Shown here: positions 61,402 to 64,000 of the stretch, one piece after another
Layout: each line of letters begins with the position of its first letter
How positions within the stretch are numbered: position 1 is the first letter of the stretch
DNA from: a candidate division WOR-3 bacterium
Lineage (GTDB): Bacteria; Hydrothermota; Tepidihabitantia; Tepidihabitantales; Tepidihabitantaceae
Assembly (NCBI GenBank): GCA_965649165.1
Contig: CBFGJT010000003.1
Coordinates: 30,826 to 94,825, forward strand
Length of the DNA: 64,000 nt
Direction: 5' to 3'
Position numbers and translations under genes: made by a program
Notes under the pieces: model-generated
Database searches by the model: none
The model's input: only the letters and a program-made list of their open reading frames with translations
What the model was told of the DNA's origin: nothing

Positions 61402-62358
61402 ATGCCGATAAAGTTTTATTCGGGAAAAAGGGCGCGGTCACCCCTGCTCATCGCCTGCTGGCCTGGCATGGGCCATGTCGGCATCCTCGCTGCCAGCTAC
61501 CTGCGGGTCAAGCTCGGCGGTGAACCCTATGCTGAGATTGACGCCACCCCCTACTTCCTGCCCGACTCAATTGAAGTCCGGGACGGCATCGGTACCATTC
61601 TTCCGCCCCCGCGCCAAACTATCTTCTATGTTACCGAACCGCCGCTTCTGATCTTTGAAGGTGAAGCCCAGATCGCCGGCGAACCCGGAATCAAAATTGC
61701 CAGCGAACTGCTTGATGTTGCCCAGCAGGCGGGCATCGGCACCGTCTTCACCGGTGCTGCCTTTGCCACCCCCATGAGCTACCGCCAGCCCTCAAAGGTG
61801 TTCGGCGTTGCCACCGACGAAACGATGCGCCAGCGCTTCATCAGCCTCGGCATTGAACCGCTCAAGGAGGGCAGAATCTCCGGCCTCAACGGACTCCTGC
61901 TCGGCCTGGCAAAATCGCGGGACATTCCGGCTGCCAGTTTCCTTGCCACCATGCCCCAGTATGCGATTGAGGCGCCCAACCCCAAAGCCTCCAAGGCAAT
62001 CATTGAGGTCTTTCTCAAAATCCTCAATACCACCATTGACATGACCGAACTGGACGAACGCATCCGCGAAACCGACCGGATGCTCGGCGAATTTGAACGC
62101 CGGGTCGCAACCGCGCTTGAAGCCCTGCGCCGGACCGGAGATGCAGAAGAGGAGGATGAGGAGACGGCGGAAAAACCCGAACCGGCAGAAAAACCCGAAC
62201 CACACGAATTGATGGCACACATCGAACGGCTCTTTGAGGAAGCACAGCGTGACCGCTCCAAAGCCAAGGAACTCAAGGAGGAGCTGGACCGATGGGGTCT
62301 CTTTCACCTCTATGAAGACCGCTTTCTTGACCTCTTCCGTAAAAAATCCGATGACTGA
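61402..62358 (+). CDS. PAC2 (proteasome assembly chaperone 2-like) family protein with acidic coiled-coil tail
   Basis: LLIACWPGMGHVGILAASYL and ..ISGLNGLLLGLA.. are typical PAC2/COG1938 motifs. The C-terminal third is E/D/K-rich (EEEDEETAEKPEPAEKPEP). Confidence 0.6.
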   Translation: MPIKFYSGKRARSPLLIACWPGMGHVGILAASYLRVKLGGEPYAEIDATPYFLPDSIEVRDGIGTILPPPRQTIFYVTEPPLLIFEGEAQIAGEPGIKIASELLDVAQQAGIGTVFTGAAFATPMSYRQPSKVFGVATDETMRQRFISLGIEPLKEGRISGLNGLLLGLAKSRDIPAASFLATMPQYAIEAPNPKASKAIIEVFLKILNTTIDMTELDERIRETDRMLGEFERRVATALEALRRTGDAEEEDEETAEKPEPAEKPEPHELMAHIERLFEEAQRDRSKAKELKEELDRWGLFHLYEDRFLDLFRKKSDD

Positions 62359-62367
62359 GAACGGCTG

Positions 62368-63177
62368 ATGTCGGGCACTGTCCAGCAGATCCTGGACCGC
62401 TTCTTCTCTGTCTATCTGGAATGCGACCTGAGCAATGTTACCCCCGGTAGAGCCTGGATCATACCTTCAAACCGACGCGAAATTCCGGAACTCCACTACG
62501 AAAATCCATTTCCCCTCTGGCTGATTGCAACTGGCAGCCGCTGCGTCATCTCAGTCCAGCCGGCACTGGAAGCACCACTGAAAAAACTCATCGCCCGCAT
62601 GCCCCTGGCCATCTTCCACCTTCCTCAAGGCCGAAGGATGATGCTGGAGACGGTTGCCCGCGCCCTCAATGCCTCTGGTCGGGTCAGCGCCGTTTCCGGA
62701 CCAATCCTCTTTGCCACCCGCGGAACTTTCCGCTCGGTTGAGCTTCACCCCTGCCGGCCGATCACCACCGCTGACATCCCGGCGCTGCAGAAAGCCGGCC
62801 TCTACGACACCTGCCTTAACAAAAGCATCGCCGAGGGCACCTGCTATGCCGCATTTGACGGTGCCAGCCCGGTCTCACTTGCCGGCACCTGGGAGGTTCC
62901 GCACCTGCAGGATCAGATTGCGGAAATGTGCGTACCGGGCACAATTCCTTCAAAACGGCGCGAAGGCTATGGCAAATCCTGCCTCTCGTTTGCCACCAGG
63001 GCGGTGATAAATTCCGGAAGAATACCACTCTATCTGACATCAGACCTCAACCCGGCATCAATTGCCACTGCCCGGGCGGTCGGATATCAGCCTTATGGCA
63101 GACAGTTCCGGATCGAGATTGCAACCACCGAAACGCCACCTCCTACATTCAGCCTCCCGCAGGCACCAATATTCTGA
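62368..63177 (+). CDS. GNAT-fold acetyltransferase-like protein (tentative)
   Basis: The C-terminal region ..KRREGYGKSCLSFATRAVINSGRIPLYLTSDLNPASIATARAVGYQPYG.. fits the GNAT A/B motifs. The N-terminal half is not recognisable. Confidence 0.45.
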   Translation: MSGTVQQILDRFFSVYLECDLSNVTPGRAWIIPSNRREIPELHYENPFPLWLIATGSRCVISVQPALEAPLKKLIARMPLAIFHLPQGRRMMLETVARALNASGRVSAVSGPILFATRGTFRSVELHPCRPITTADIPALQKAGLYDTCLNKSIAEGTCYAAFDGASPVSLAGTWEVPHLQDQIAEMCVPGTIPSKRREGYGKSCLSFATRAVINSGRIPLYLTSDLNPASIATARAVGYQPYGRQFRIEIATTETPPPTFSLPQAPIF

Positions 63178-64000
63178 ATCACCATCACCACTAAAGCTAT
63201 TATAAACGGTTATAAAGCTCATATCATCATCACAAATACCGCAAACATTAGAAAATTAACAATACACACAACCACCAGCACCAGAAACAGATGCCATTCC
63301 CCGGCATAATATAATCTAAAGCATAACCAATAATAAAAACAGCAACTTACATTCCAAACCCCTCTGCTATCTCCACCCGACCTACACCCCTGACCTCCAC
63401 CGTGTAGGGAACTGCCCAGGGGATAGGGGTTAATGGGGTACAATCAGATAACATATTGATTAAAATTAACTTAACAAACACAAATCTAAAAATTATTCTT
63501 GACAAAATCAAAACATTTTCAAAAATGAAAAACACCGGTTTGTGTTTAGCCAGTATTTTCCGATTTAATAAATAAGGCGGACACGGTGGCCAACTGACAA
63601 GAACCCAGGCCGGCTGATTTGCAAGCGCCTGCCGGATTCGCCTGTCCAGTTCCAATTCCAAAACATTTCTCAGCTCTGCCAGCCAGCAGACCACTTTGGC
63701 TTTCTCAGCCTGTTCGGGATAGCAGCTGAACGGCTCATCCAGGAATATTTTCCCCCTAAAGTAACGGTAGTCATCACCCGGTAATTCCGATTGCTAACCC
63801 CCAAAACAAACTGCGCCGCAGAAGAGTTCTCCAAGCGCTAACATCCTTTTCTATGGAAAGCGCAATTCTGAATACACGACGGTTTTCAACTCTGAATTGC
63901 AGAAAACCGCTCACTCTGGTCCACCCGGATTTAAAACCTGATTTCGGTTCCTGCTGCCGTTCCGGTCCCTGGCTCTTGATTTGATTCTGACCGGCTGACC

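Noticed and set aside
61779-62307. Two overlapping minus-strand ORFs (165 and 171 aa)
   Set aside because: They are antisense to the PAC2-family gene, and their Ser/Arg-rich translations have no motifs.
63219-63694. Minus-strand ORFs 63219..63443 and 63347..63694
   Set aside because: They lie in the AT-rich spacer and have no RBS. Their C-terminal halves are implausible hydrophobic, low-complexity translations of promoter-like AT-rich DNA. Only the 63560..63694 part may be a gene remnant (see the finding for 63178..64000).
1-64000. Search for CRISPR arrays, tRNA/rRNA/tmRNA genes, IS elements, integrases or toxin-antitoxin pairs
   Set aside because: By eye there are no direct-repeat/spacer arrays, no GGTTCGAATCC-type T-arms in the intergenic regions, and no transposase or integrase-like ORFs. 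Absence cannot be proven without tRNAscan or Infernal.

Overview
Gene-dense 64-kb chromosomal window, mostly minus-strand operons with many 1-4 nt ATGA/TGATG overlaps. It looks like an uncultivated anaerobe of an FCB-like lineage, because three large secreted proteins end in T9SS-type C-terminal sorting domains. No tRNA, rRNA, CRISPR array or clear mobile element was seen. Content in order: (1) 1..9485, an operon of at least 10 genes for a membrane-bound group 4 (formate-hydrogenlyase-like) [NiFe]-hydrogenase. It is preceded by a sulfhydrogenase/AsrAB-type FeS + FAD/NAD(P) module and a degenerate molybdopterin subunit, and it runs off the window start. (2) DUF1893 protein, a lipoprotein, an FG-GAP T9SS protein, a tandem-domain ThyX, Mut7-C plus a histidine ammonia-lyase homologue with an Ala-Cys-Gly (not Ala-Ser-Gly) MIO triad, and a 1823-aa C25 peptidase/CARDB/Kelch T9SS protein. 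(3) SerA-like dehydrogenase, DUF1015, a DRG-like GTPase and an OmpA-family protein. (4) 28093..40718, a 15-gene operon: ABC ATPase, ABC-2 permease, TPR-like membrane protein, pilin, three GspG-like pseudopilins, PilMN fusion, PilO, two PilP-like proteins, PilQ, PilT and PilD. A separately transcribed paralogous acidic pilin lies upstream behind a perfect consensus promoter. (5) pepP-efp followed by a degenerate biotin carboxylase homologue, nitroreductase, rimI, an S8 T9SS protease, a cobalamin riboswitch with a BtuB-like receptor, M23 peptidase, DtxR-ZupT, FmdE-like protein, Hsp20, an esterase, an orphan MalK-like ATPase, accD, an RRM protein, mscL (apparent frameshift), a CofE-like protein, murJ, and PAC2 plus GNAT. 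The window ends in an AT-rich region with no convincing coding sequence. A recurring pattern is a sigma70-like promoter placed 5-9 nt from the start codon with no Shine-Dalgarno, which suggests leaderless mRNAs. All calls rest on motif recognition by eye; no database search was possible.
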